Source: Bacteroidota bacterium
GTDB taxonomy: Bacteria > Bacteroidota > Bacteroidia > Bacteroidales > VadinHA17
Direction: 5' to 3'
NCBI GenBank assembly: GCA_029547705.1
Contig: JAKPOU010000042.1
Location: forward strand, 89,271-153,270
DNA: 64,000 bases
Part shown: in pieces, positions 19,735 through 28,710 of the stretch
Numbering within the stretch: position 1 is the first letter of the stretch
How the letters are laid out: every line of letters begins with the position of its first letter
Notes under the pieces: model-generated
The model's database searches: none
Told to the model about the DNA's origin: nothing
What the model saw: only the letters and a program-made list of their open reading frames with translations
Program-made: the position numbers and the translations under genes

Positions 19735-21018
19735 ATGAAGCCGCTATTCAGGAATATACTCATATTCATCAGTGTTGCAGTATTGCTTGCAGGAGCATGG
19801 TATTTCCGCAGCATAGTGGTATATATTCTGGTTTCCGGTGTGCTTTCCATAATGGGACGTCCGCTGGTTGACCTCTTCCGCAGGATCAGAATAGGCAAAT
19901 GGTCATTTCCCGGATACCTGGCAGCCTTGCTTGCACTTCTGATCATCTGGGGTCTGATAATACTCTTCTTTATTATATTTATACCTCTTATAACCAGGCA
20001 GTTCAACTATTTTTCCACCATTGACAGCCAGAAGATAGTAATGGTGCTTGAAAGGCCCCTGAATTATATTCAGGACATACTGAGGACACTCAATAAGAAT
20101 ATTAACAGTGACTTTTCAATACAGGGTGTTATAAATGAAAGATTGTCCCAGATTCTGGATATTGACCGGCTGAAGAGCATGCTGGGCTCTGTCTTCGGAA
20201 TTCTTGGAAATATTGCCATAGCCATTTTTTCAATCACATTCATCACCTACTTTTTTCTCAAGGATCAGCATCTTTTCTTTGAAGCTATACTGATGTGGGT
20301 TCCTGACAAGCACACTGACGGATTTACAAGGGCACTGTATTCGATCAAGAATCTGCTCACCCGCTATTTCATCGGCATAGTGATTCAATGCACCTGTGTA
20401 ATGATTCTTGTGGATATCGGAATGACAATTGCGGGCATTGAATTCCATCAGGCGCTGGTTATCGGGCTCGTGGTCGGCATCCTTAATGTAATACCCTATA
20501 TCGGCCCATGGCTGGGATTCTTCTTTGCTCTGGTGATGGGTGTTGCATCGCATGTAAACCAGGATTTTGCAACCGTGGTGATTCCACTGATATATTATAT
20601 GTCGATAGTGATAGGCATGACACAACTGATAAATAATGTGATATTTCAGCCTCTTATCTTCTCAAACAGCGTGAGGGCCCATCCCCTGGAGGTATTTATT
20701 GTGGTTCTGGCCGCCGGCTTTGCTGCAGGAATACCGGGAATGATACTGGGCATACCTGCCTATACTGTCATGAGAGTCTTTGCCAGGGAGTTTTTCTACA
20801 GCTTCAAGCCCGTTCAGAAAATTACTTCAAGTCTGGCTACAGAAAATATTTCTTCTGCGGTATCCCTGGAATTGGACGAGGAGGGCCCCCTGCATAAGGT
20901 GGTCGTGAAAACGGTCCGGAAGAAAAGCAGCAAGCCCCGGCAGATCAGGTTTAAGCCCCGTAAGCCCCGCGAGCCCCGTAAGCCCAGGCAGCCAGGGGAA
21001 CCCCTGCAGGATGAATAG
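19735..21018 (+). CDS. AI-2E family transporter (PerM/UPF0118) with a basic KPR-repeat tail
   Basis: 427 aa with about 8 TM segments and an AI-2E-like layout. The C-terminal tail is KPRQIRFKPRKPREPRKPRQPGEP. Confidence 0.8.
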   Translation: MKPLFRNILIFISVAVLLAGAWYFRSIVVYILVSGVLSIMGRPLVDLFRRIRIGKWSFPGYLAALLALLIIWGLIILFFIIFIPLITRQFNYFSTIDSQKIVMVLERPLNYIQDILRTLNKNINSDFSIQGVINERLSQILDIDRLKSMLGSVFGILGNIAIAIFSITFITYFFLKDQHLFFEAILMWVPDKHTDGFTRALYSIKNLLTRYFIGIVIQCTCVMILVDIGMTIAGIEFHQALVIGLVVGILNVIPYIGPWLGFFFALVMGVASHVNQDFATVVIPLIYYMSIVIGMTQLINNVIFQPLIFSNSVRAHPLEVFIVVLAAGFAAGIPGMILGIPAYTVMRVFAREFFYSFKPVQKITSSLATENISSAVSLELDEEGPLHKVVVKTVRKKSSKPRQIRFKPRKPREPRKPRQPGEPLQDE

Positions 21019-21044
21019 GAGATACAACTAATACAATTGGTCTG

Positions 21045-21296
21045 ATGTGTTCTGAGAATGTTTCCGGCCGCGGGCCGATAGGGAAAATTTTCCGTTTTTA
21101 CTATGACGGATTTAAAAACATGTCGTCCTGGGGCAGAAAGGTCTGGCTGATAATTCTTATAAAGCTTTTTATTATTTTCGCCGTCCTCAGGCTTTTCTTT
21201 TTTCCTGATTTTCTCAGGAAAAATTTTAAAAGCGAAAAGGAAAGAAGTGAATATGTTCTTGAACAATTAACACCCTCACATAAATCTTATGATTGA
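21045..21296 (+). CDS. DUF4492-like small membrane protein preceding cydAB
   Basis: 83 aa with one TM segment (VWLIILIKLFIIFAVLRLFFF). It overlaps the cydA start by 8 nt. This family typically sits in this position in Bacteroidota. Confidence 0.65.
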   Translation: MCSENVSGRGPIGKIFRFYYDGFKNMSSWGRKVWLIILIKLFIIFAVLRLFFFPDFLRKNFKSEKERSEYVLEQLTPSHKSYD

Positions 21297-22845
21297 AACT
21301 GCGGATTTGTCACTTGTCGACTGGTCGAGGGCACAGTTTGCCCTGACTGCCATGTATCACTGGATCTTTGTTCCGCTGACTCTAGGACTGTCATTCATTG
21401 TTGCAATGATGGAAACTGTCTATTACAGAACAGGAAAGGAGGAGTGGAAGAGGATGACAAGATTCTGGATGACCCTCTTTGGAATTAACTTTGCCATAGG
21501 GGTGGCAACCGGGATCATACTTGAATTTGAATTCGGGACAAACTGGTCGAACTATTCCTGGTTCGTCGGGGATATTTTCGGAGCTCCCCTGGCTATTGAA
21601 GGCATTCTGGCATTTTTTCTCGAATCGACCTTTGTTGCAGTTATGTTTTTCGGATGGAACAAGGTGAGCCGGAAGTTCCATCTGGTTTCGACCTGGCTTG
21701 TGGCAATCGGTGCCAGCCTTTCGGCCCTCTGGATACTGGTTGCCAATGCATGGATGCAGAATCCGGTTGGCATGACATTCAATCCTGAAACCGCAAGGAA
21801 TGAAATGACTGATTTTCTGGCAGTCCTGACCAATCCGGTTGCCATAGACACCTTCCTTCATACCGTCACTTCCGGATTCCTGCTGGCATCAGTCTTTGTA
21901 TTGGGCATCAGTGCCTGGTTTCTGCTGAAAGGCCGTGAAGAATGGATGGCGGGGAAAAGTATCCTTATTGCGGGAATATTTGGCCTGGCCTCTTCCCTGA
22001 TCGTTGCACTGACGGGAGACATATCGGCAAGAACCCTCGCACATGTCCAGCCGCTTAAGTTTGCTGCATTTGAGGCGCACTATTCCGGAAAGGACAATGC
22101 AGGTCTTGTGGCTGCCGGTATCCTTAAGGATTCCGGTCAGCTTACGGGTGACAAGGCAAAAAAGGATTTTGCCGTGAAGGTGGAGATTCCCGGATTCCTT
22201 TCCGTGATGACCGGCGGAAACAGGCATGTATATGTTCCCGGTATTGAAGACCTTGTGTACGGAAATCCGGATAAAGGCATTATGCCGGTTGCCGAAAAGA
22301 TGGAAAGAGGCAGGTATGCCAGGGATATACTGATGGATTATAAAAGGGCAAGGAAGTCAAACAATGCCGGTGAGGCTGAAGTACTGAGGGGAATGTTCAG
22401 TGACAAAAATTTTATTGATGACTATTTCAGGTATTTCGGCTATGCTTTTCTGGATAAGCCCGAGGATGTGATACCGAATGTGTCTGTGGCCTTTTATACA
22501 TTCCATCTGATGGTTATGCTGGGATTCTTTTTCATTCTCCTTTGTGCCCTTGCACTCTTTTTCCATTACAGGGGAAGCCTGCAGAAGCAAAAATGGCTGC
22601 TGTGGATGATGATGATTTCCGTCCCGCTGGCATATATAGCCAGCCAGTCGGGCTGGGTTCTGAAGGAAATGGGCCGTCAGCCCTGGATAATACAGGATCT
22701 CATGCCGGTAGGCACTGCCGTATCAAATATTAACAGCGGACCGGTGATTGTCACATTTGTTCTTTTTGCAATTCTGTTTACCGTGCTTCTGATTGCTGAG
22801 GTATCCATAATGACAAAACAGATAAAAACCGGACCAAAAAATTAG
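21289..22845 (+). CDS. cydA: Cytochrome bd ubiquinol oxidase subunit I
   Basis: 518 aa. The N-terminus has a CydA-like pattern (WSRAQFALTAMYHWIFVPLTLGL) and the protein carries a Q-loop and GRQPW. Confidence 0.95.
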   Translation: MIETADLSLVDWSRAQFALTAMYHWIFVPLTLGLSFIVAMMETVYYRTGKEEWKRMTRFWMTLFGINFAIGVATGIILEFEFGTNWSNYSWFVGDIFGAPLAIEGILAFFLESTFVAVMFFGWNKVSRKFHLVSTWLVAIGASLSALWILVANAWMQNPVGMTFNPETARNEMTDFLAVLTNPVAIDTFLHTVTSGFLLASVFVLGISAWFLLKGREEWMAGKSILIAGIFGLASSLIVALTGDISARTLAHVQPLKFAAFEAHYSGKDNAGLVAAGILKDSGQLTGDKAKKDFAVKVEIPGFLSVMTGGNRHVYVPGIEDLVYGNPDKGIMPVAEKMERGRYARDILMDYKRARKSNNAGEAEVLRGMFSDKNFIDDYFRYFGYAFLDKPEDVIPNVSVAFYTFHLMVMLGFFFILLCALALFFHYRGSLQKQKWLLWMMMISVPLAYIASQSGWVLKEMGRQPWIIQDLMPVGTAVSNINSGPVIVTFVLFAILFTVLLIAEVSIMTKQIKTGPKN

Positions 22846-22857
22846 GAGGACAGTACA

Positions 22858-23985
22858 ATGCTTACACTTGTTTCACATTCATTTCTGCAAGGCTACTGGT
22901 GGGTTATCATATCCCTGCTGGGTGCATTGCTTGTCTTCCTTATGTTCGTACAGGGAGGCCAGTCGATGATCTTTTCAATTTCCCGTGACGAGATGCATAA
23001 GACCATGGTTGTCAATGCACTCGGACATAAATGGGAATTTACCTTTACAACACTTGTCACCTTTGGCGGGGCATTCTTTGCCTCGTTTCCGCTTTTCTAT
23101 GCAACCAGCTTCGGGGGTGCCTACTGGCTATGGATAGCGATACTGTTCAGCTTCACCATCCAGGCAATTGCCTATGAATACAGGTCGAAGCCGGCAAATG
23201 TCCTGGGAAAGAAAACCTTTGATGTTTTTCTTCTGGTCAACGGAATCTTCGGCCCTTTCCTTATCGGTACCGCGGTGGCCACCTTCTTTACCGGCTCACA
23301 GTTCAGCCTCGACCATATGAATCATGTAAGATGGGCAAACAACTGGCACGGACTTGAAGCACTGACCGACGCCAGGAACCTTGCCCTGGGCCTTGCCGTA
23401 CTCTTCCTGGTACGGTCAAACGGATGCATGTATATCATTAACTCGGTGAAAGATGAGGATCTGGCAGCGAAAGCCGGCAGGAAACTGATGGTGAATGCTG
23501 TTGTGTTTCTTGTTTTCTTCCTGTTTTTCCTGGTTTCCGTTCTTCTGTCTGAAGGTTATGCGGTTGACGGCGACGGAAAAGTGACACTGGAAAAATACAA
23601 GTATTTTCAGAATTTCGTACAGATGCCCCTGGTGCTGGTATTGTTCCTTGCAGGAGTTATTGGTGTTCTGAGCGGGATCATAATGACTGTCTTCCGGAGA
23701 AGCCGCAGGGGGATCTGGTATTCGGGCCCGGGTACCATTCTGGCAGTATTTTCCCTTTTCCTGATCGCAGGGTTCAGCGGAACCGCCTTCTATCCCTCTT
23801 CCTTTGACCCGGGAAGCTCTCTTACAATAAGGAATGCATCATCAAGCCGGTTCACCCTGCAGACAATGATGTACGTCTCCTTCATTATACCCTTTGTGTT
23901 CTGGTATATCTGGTATGCATGGAAATCGATCAGCCGGAAAAAGATAAGTGAAGAGGAACTGAGTGAAGAACCGCATCTCTATTAG
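22858..23985 (+). CDS. cydB: Cytochrome bd ubiquinol oxidase subunit II
   Basis: 375 aa, polytopic, immediately downstream of cydA, with a CydB-like N-terminus (YWWVIISLLGALLVFLMFVQGGQ). Confidence 0.92.
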   Translation: MLTLVSHSFLQGYWWVIISLLGALLVFLMFVQGGQSMIFSISRDEMHKTMVVNALGHKWEFTFTTLVTFGGAFFASFPLFYATSFGGAYWLWIAILFSFTIQAIAYEYRSKPANVLGKKTFDVFLLVNGIFGPFLIGTAVATFFTGSQFSLDHMNHVRWANNWHGLEALTDARNLALGLAVLFLVRSNGCMYIINSVKDEDLAAKAGRKLMVNAVVFLVFFLFFLVSVLLSEGYAVDGDGKVTLEKYKYFQNFVQMPLVLVLFLAGVIGVLSGIIMTVFRRSRRGIWYSGPGTILAVFSLFLIAGFSGTAFYPSSFDPGSSLTIRNASSSRFTLQTMMYVSFIIPFVFWYIWYAWKSISRKKISEEELSEEPHLY

Positions 23986-24067
23986 CCGGCTCTCTTTTGA
24001 ATGGCGTTCCGGCAGGTAAAGACAACTCCTTCAGGTAATACAGTCGTTTCCGGACCAGCGCTCTGAA

Positions 24068-24793
24068 TTATCTGAACAGCCGGCCCGCAAGGGAGGATAC
24101 TATATAAACCGGTATCAGCAGGTATGCTGCACCTAATCCGCCGCCGAGGACAAAAGAAATGCCTGCAAGCAGAACGAGAATATAGAGTCCTTCATTTCCC
24201 CTGAATCTCAGATTATTGGTTTTCAGAGAAAGGAGGGGTATGCGGCTTACCATCAGAAGTGACAGGATTATAGTCAGGACAACCAGTGCAGGTGTTGAAG
24301 TGATGAGCCATGTGGCTGCCGCGGAACCGGAATAGCGGGCGGAGATAACCAGTGAAATCACTGCCAGGGCATTGGCCGGAGTGGGCAGTCCTTTGAAGGA
24401 TCTGGACTGTGTTTCGTCGGTATTGAATATTGCCAGGCGCAGTCCGGCACAAACCGGCATAATTGCCGTTGAGAGGAGTATGGCACAGGTAGTGAGGCCT
24501 GTATTGCCGGCGGTGAACGGTCCGGACAGTTCCATTGAGCGTTCCAGAAGCCTGTAAATAATTGTTGCGGGAGCAAGTCCGAAACTGATTACATCTGCCA
24601 GCGAATCGAGTTCTTTTCCGATGTCTGAATAGGCTTTCATCAGTCTTGCCGAAAAACCGTCGAGGAAATCAAATATCATTGCTGCCAGCAGGAGCCAGGA
24701 AGCTGTTACCAGGTCGCCGTTGATCACAAAAATGACTGAAATGAATCCCGAGGCGAGATTGAGTGATGTTATTAAATTGGGAATATGCTTCAT
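24068..24793 (-). CDS. pssA: CDP-diacylglycerol--serine O-phosphatidyltransferase
   Basis: 241 aa with the CDP-alcohol phosphatidyltransferase motif DGFSARLMKAYSDIGKELDSLADVISFG. Confidence 0.88.
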   Translation of the reverse strand: MKHIPNLITSLNLASGFISVIFVINGDLVTASWLLLAAMIFDFLDGFSARLMKAYSDIGKELDSLADVISFGLAPATIIYRLLERSMELSGPFTAGNTGLTTCAILLSTAIMPVCAGLRLAIFNTDETQSRSFKGLPTPANALAVISLVISARYSGSAAATWLITSTPALVVLTIILSLLMVSRIPLLSLKTNNLRFRGNEGLYILVLLAGISFVLGGGLGAAYLLIPVYIVSSLAGRLFR

Positions 24794-24887
24794 CCTGAAT
24801 GTTTAAATAGGGAATCGTGTTAAAATTAAGATAAATTTCAGTAATATATTCAATTTGGTTAAATTTGGATCCTCATACAGTCTGAAA

Positions 24888-25349
24888 ATGGAGGGGTTTC
24901 TGAATCTCAAAATAGCCGTTGATTTTGACGGGACCATTGTGGAACATGAATATCCTGCAATTGGTAAGGAGAAGCTTTTTGCATTCAGGACTTTGAAAGA
25001 GCTGGAGAAGAAGGGTGCAAGGCTGATTCTCTGGACATACAGGACGGGCAGGGAACTTGATGAGGCTGTGGAATACTGCAGGCAGAACGGAATAGAATTT
25101 TATGCCGTAAACAAGAGCTATCCGGAAGAGGTGGTAACAGATTCGGTAAGCAGGAAGATTGATGCGGATATTTTTATTGATGACAGGAATATCGGCGGGT
25201 TTCCGGGCTGGAGTGAGGTATGGCAGATTCTTTTTCCCTTTGATCAGCAACTGAAGGAAGCGGAGAAAAGGATCATTTCGGCAAGGAAAAATATTTTCAA
25301 ACGTTTTTTTAGAAGGGTCATAAATCCGGATGAGAAGGAATCCAGTTAA
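24888..25349 (+). CDS. HAD-like fold hypothetical protein
   Basis: It has a DxDGT motif (KIAVDFDGTIV) and a late DD motif (IFIDDRN). The start is placed at the ATG at 24888. Confidence 0.5.
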   Translation: MEGFLNLKIAVDFDGTIVEHEYPAIGKEKLFAFRTLKELEKKGARLILWTYRTGRELDEAVEYCRQNGIEFYAVNKSYPEEVVTDSVSRKIDADIFIDDRNIGGFPGWSEVWQILFPFDQQLKEAEKRIISARKNIFKRFFRRVINPDEKESS

Positions 25350-26496
25350 ATATATCTCCATATTTTCAGTCGCTGTACTTACCCTTTGGGTCATTTCATG
25401 TTCCGGGAAGTCCGGAAATAACGGCAGGGCCGCGACTGAGGCTGTGGCCGGAACTTCCGGCGGGAATTCAGGTACTGTGGCTGCCGGTACAGATCTCACT
25501 GCTGACGGGGCTGATGACGGAATCAGTCTGACAAGGATGAAACAGCCTGAGGAAAATGCACGGTTCAGAACGGGTGAGGCGGTTGAGGTTGTTCTGTCAG
25601 TTCCCGGTTCCGGTCCGGATTCCATTGTGATATACTATGACGGGAAACCGGCTGCAACTGTCAGGAATGCACCATGGGAATGTTCAGTGCCTGCTTCCTT
25701 CACTGTCAGTACCGGAAGAAAATCCGTTAAGATGACTGCATACAGGAACGGGAAGCCAAGAGCATCGGCAACACGTTTTATTGTCGTATTATCGGATATA
25801 ATCCCCAAAAGACAGGGCTACAGGGTAATCAATACCTATCCTCACGACCGGGCAGCCTTTACCCAGGGGCTTTTTTACGACAACGGGGTACTGTATGAGG
25901 GTACAGGACAGGAAACAGGATCAACACTCAGGGAGGTTGATCTGTATACGGGCAGGGTAAACCGCCAGCTCAACCTGAGCCCGGAGCTCTTCGGTGAAGG
26001 CATAACCCTGTACAGGGACAGAATTTACCAGCTGACATGGAGATCAAGGGTGGGATTTGTCTATGAAAAATCCACTTTCAGGCAGATCAACAAGATATAT
26101 TATCAGTCGGAGGGCTGGGGACTGACGACCATGGATGACAGGATCGTGATGAGCGACGGTACCAATGTGCTGTACATTATTGAACCGGAAATGTTCACAG
26201 TGATCTCACGGCTTGAGGTTTACGACAACAATGGAATGGTTGATCAGCTGAATGAGCTGGAATACATTAACGGTGAGATCTGGGCAAATATCTGGAACAC
26301 CGATCTTATCGCGAGGATAGATCCGGCTACCGGAAAACTGCTTGCCTATATCGACCTGAAGGGGATACTCAGGGATCCCGGAACCGATACCAGTATAGAT
26401 GTTCTTAACGGAATAGCATGGGACAGTGACGGCGGAAGGATCTTTGTAACGGGAAAGAACTGGCCCAGCCTCTTCGAAATAAGAGTCACGGAATAA
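25330..26496 (+). CDS. Glutaminyl-peptide cyclotransferase (beta-propeller type) lipoprotein with an N-terminal extension
   Basis: Lipoprotein signal (LWVISCSG), a low-complexity linker, and an Ig-like segment of about 100 aa. The propeller follows (YPHDRAAFTQGLFYDNGVLYEGTG...GEGITL...GWGLT...NELEYINGEIWANIW). Confidence 0.8.
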   Translation: MRRNPVKYISIFSVAVLTLWVISCSGKSGNNGRAATEAVAGTSGGNSGTVAAGTDLTADGADDGISLTRMKQPEENARFRTGEAVEVVLSVPGSGPDSIVIYYDGKPAATVRNAPWECSVPASFTVSTGRKSVKMTAYRNGKPRASATRFIVVLSDIIPKRQGYRVINTYPHDRAAFTQGLFYDNGVLYEGTGQETGSTLREVDLYTGRVNRQLNLSPELFGEGITLYRDRIYQLTWRSRVGFVYEKSTFRQINKIYYQSEGWGLTTMDDRIVMSDGTNVLYIIEPEMFTVISRLEVYDNNGMVDQLNELEYINGEIWANIWNTDLIARIDPATGKLLAYIDLKGILRDPGTDTSIDVLNGIAWDSDGGRIFVTGKNWPSLFEIRVTE

Positions 26497-26558
26497 ACTT
26501 TCCCGCATGAATAATATACAGCAGGATCGCCGTGAACGTTTGTCAGTGTCCGTAATTG

Positions 26559-27512
26559 TCAGGGAAACAGTCTTCCTGCATAAACAATATTCACTGCTGA
26601 CGGAATAATACCGATCTCCGCGGGTGTATGTCCCAGCAGTTCCCCGTCTGATTCAATAAAGAGCAATGATTCGCTTTCAATTTTCAGGTTCCTGCACCTG
26701 TAACCGTCAACTTCCGGATGGCTCAGTATCGTACCGTCATACAGCAGCCTGAGGTTTTTTATTATTTCCAGTCTTCCCATTTCCTTTATGACTGTCACAT
26801 CAAGAAGTCCGTCATCAGGCAGTGCATCGGGGGTCTGTCTCATTCCCCCGCCGCAGTACCTGCCGTTGCCGACATTGATTGAAAAAATGTCTGCTGAGCT
26901 CTTTCTGCCGTCAATAATGATATCAGCGGCGGTTATCCTGTAGGAAACCAGGCTTGAGAGAATATTGAAGAAATAGATGGCCTTGCTGTTACGGCCCCTG
27001 TCCTTCTGCCGGTTTGTTTTTTTTACGACCAGAGCCTCGAACCCCAGTCCGGTTATATTTATGAAATATCTTCTGCGGCTCTGCTCCCCCTCGAAATAGT
27101 CAACAAGCCCTATGTCGTGCAGCATGGTTTTTCCTTCAGCTATCACTTTCACAGCCCCCTCATAGATACTGGGTATCCCGAACATCCGTCCCCAGTCATT
27201 GCCTGTTCCGACCGGAATCATGGCGATTGTAATTTCGTTTGCCGGAACCCTGTTCCGGATAAAGATCCCGTTTACCACTTCATTCAGGGTGCCGTCGCCT
27301 CCCACGGAAATAAAGCGCCTGAATCCTTTTTCAATGGCTTCGTCAGTGTAGTCGATTGCCTGTCCTCTTCTTCCGGTGAACCGTGAAATGAAAGAAATGT
27401 TTTCCCTTGTCAGAAGGTCTGAAATCCTCTTCCAGTCCTTTTTTCCCTTGCCGCCTCCGGCATTGGGATTGACAATGACGAACCATTCTTTCCGGGTGCT
27501 GTAGCCTGACAT
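26559..27512 (-). CDS. Lipid kinase, diacylglycerol-kinase catalytic-domain family (YegS/BmrU-like)
   Basis: 317 aa with the DAGK_cat motifs VNPNAGGGKG and ISVGGDGTLNEVVNG. Confidence 0.85.
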   Translation of the reverse strand: MSGYSTRKEWFVIVNPNAGGGKGKKDWKRISDLLTRENISFISRFTGRRGQAIDYTDEAIEKGFRRFISVGGDGTLNEVVNGIFIRNRVPANEITIAMIPVGTGNDWGRMFGIPSIYEGAVKVIAEGKTMLHDIGLVDYFEGEQSRRRYFINITGLGFEALVVKKTNRQKDRGRNSKAIYFFNILSSLVSYRITAADIIIDGRKSSADIFSINVGNGRYCGGGMRQTPDALPDDGLLDVTVIKEMGRLEIIKNLRLLYDGTILSHPEVDGYRCRNLKIESESLLFIESDGELLGHTPAEIGIIPSAVNIVYAGRLFP

Positions 27513-27759
27513 GATTATTAAAATTTAAACCTAAAGATAAATTATTAAAGACAAAGGGGAGGGTGGGAAAAATACTTTTCTTCCCGTGAAACTGTTATTT
27601 ATAATCAGGGGCGGGAACAGTCACGGTGAAATTTGATAATATTCCGGGAAATCATTATTATTATCATATATTAGGATATTTCCAGAATAATGATTATTTG
27701 GGAACACTTGCTTTAATATTGTAAAATACAAATAATCAGATAAATATAAGACTGCTTTG

Positions 27760-27767
27760 TATCTTTG
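27760..27767 (+). promoter_or_regulatory. Candidate -7 box TAtcTTTG upstream of parA
   Basis: Exact TAnnTTTG match, about 130 nt upstream of parA, inside a 384-nt AT-rich spacer. Confidence 0.35.
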
Positions 27768-27896
27768 CATTGTTAATAAAATGTTGAAAACCCCGGATAA
27801 AATGTTTGTAATTAGATACGGTGGTTTCCGGACTGCTGGTCCTTTAATAGTAAATTTGAAGCTCAAAATATAAGTACAAAACCTTAAGGAAAACAG

Positions 27897-28682
27897 ATGG
27901 GAAGGAAAATTGCAATTGCGAATCAGAAGGGTGGTGTTGGAAAGACAACAACTGCGATAAACCTGGCTGCGAGCCTGGCAGCGCTTGAAAAGAAAGTACT
28001 GATAATAGATGCGGATCCCCAGGCGAATGCCACTTCAGGCATTGGTCTGGACACACGTCAGATGAGAAGTACCATATATGACTGTCTTATTGAGGGGAAG
28101 AATCCGGAAGAAGCCGTTCTGGGATCTGAGATTGAAAACCTCTTTTTGATACCGTCAAACATTGACCTTGTGGGGGCAGAGATTGAGATGCTGGACAAGC
28201 CCGACCGGGAAAAGATACTGAGGAATGTGATAGCCGGGATTGAAGACAGGTATGATTTCATATTCATTGATTGTTCACCCTCTCTGGGGTTGCTGACTGT
28301 GAATGCTCTCACCGCGGCCAATTCGGTGATTATTCCGGTTCAGTGTGAATATTTCGCACTTGAGGGACTGGGCAAGCTTCTCAATACAATCAAGATTATT
28401 CAGGCCAACCTGAATACCGGCCTGGAAATAGAAGGTTTTCTTCTTACCATGTATGATCCCAGGCTGAGGTTGTCCAACCAGGTAGCCGATGAGGTGAACA
28501 AGCATTTCCAGCAGATGGTGTTCAACACGATTATCCAGAGAAATGTTAAGCTTTCCGAAGCACCCAGTTTTGGTCAGCCGGCAATTCTCTATGATGCTGA
28601 ATCCAGGGGAGCAGTCAATTATCTGAGTCTGGCAAAGGAGATCCTGGAGAAGCAGGAAGCCAGGCTTAAACTGGTGCAGTGA
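27897..28682 (+). CDS. parA: Chromosome partitioning ATPase ParA/Soj
   Basis: 261 aa with the deviant Walker A (NQKGGVGKTTTAINLA). Confidence 0.95.
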   Translation: MGRKIAIANQKGGVGKTTTAINLAASLAALEKKVLIIDADPQANATSGIGLDTRQMRSTIYDCLIEGKNPEEAVLGSEIENLFLIPSNIDLVGAEIEMLDKPDREKILRNVIAGIEDRYDFIFIDCSPSLGLLTVNALTAANSVIIPVQCEYFALEGLGKLLNTIKIIQANLNTGLEIEGFLLTMYDPRLRLSNQVADEVNKHFQQMVFNTIIQRNVKLSEAPSFGQPAILYDAESRGAVNYLSLAKEILEKQEARLKLVQ

Positions 28683-28710
28683 ATGTGCTTATTTTTTAAA
28701 CAGTGGAGAT

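Noticed and set aside
24873-25625. A 250-aa ORF antisense to the HAD-like gene and the start of the glutaminyl cyclase gene.
   Set aside because: It spans two well-supported sense genes. Its sequence is Pro/Ser/Leu-rich with no motif and no promoter or start context. It is a shadow ORF.
27513-27896. Replication origin or parS centromere next to parAB.
   Set aside because: There are no TTATCCACA/TGTGGATAA DnaA boxes and no full 16-bp parS (TGTTNCACGTGAAACA), only a GTGAAAC half-site. I found no full parS elsewhere in the window either.
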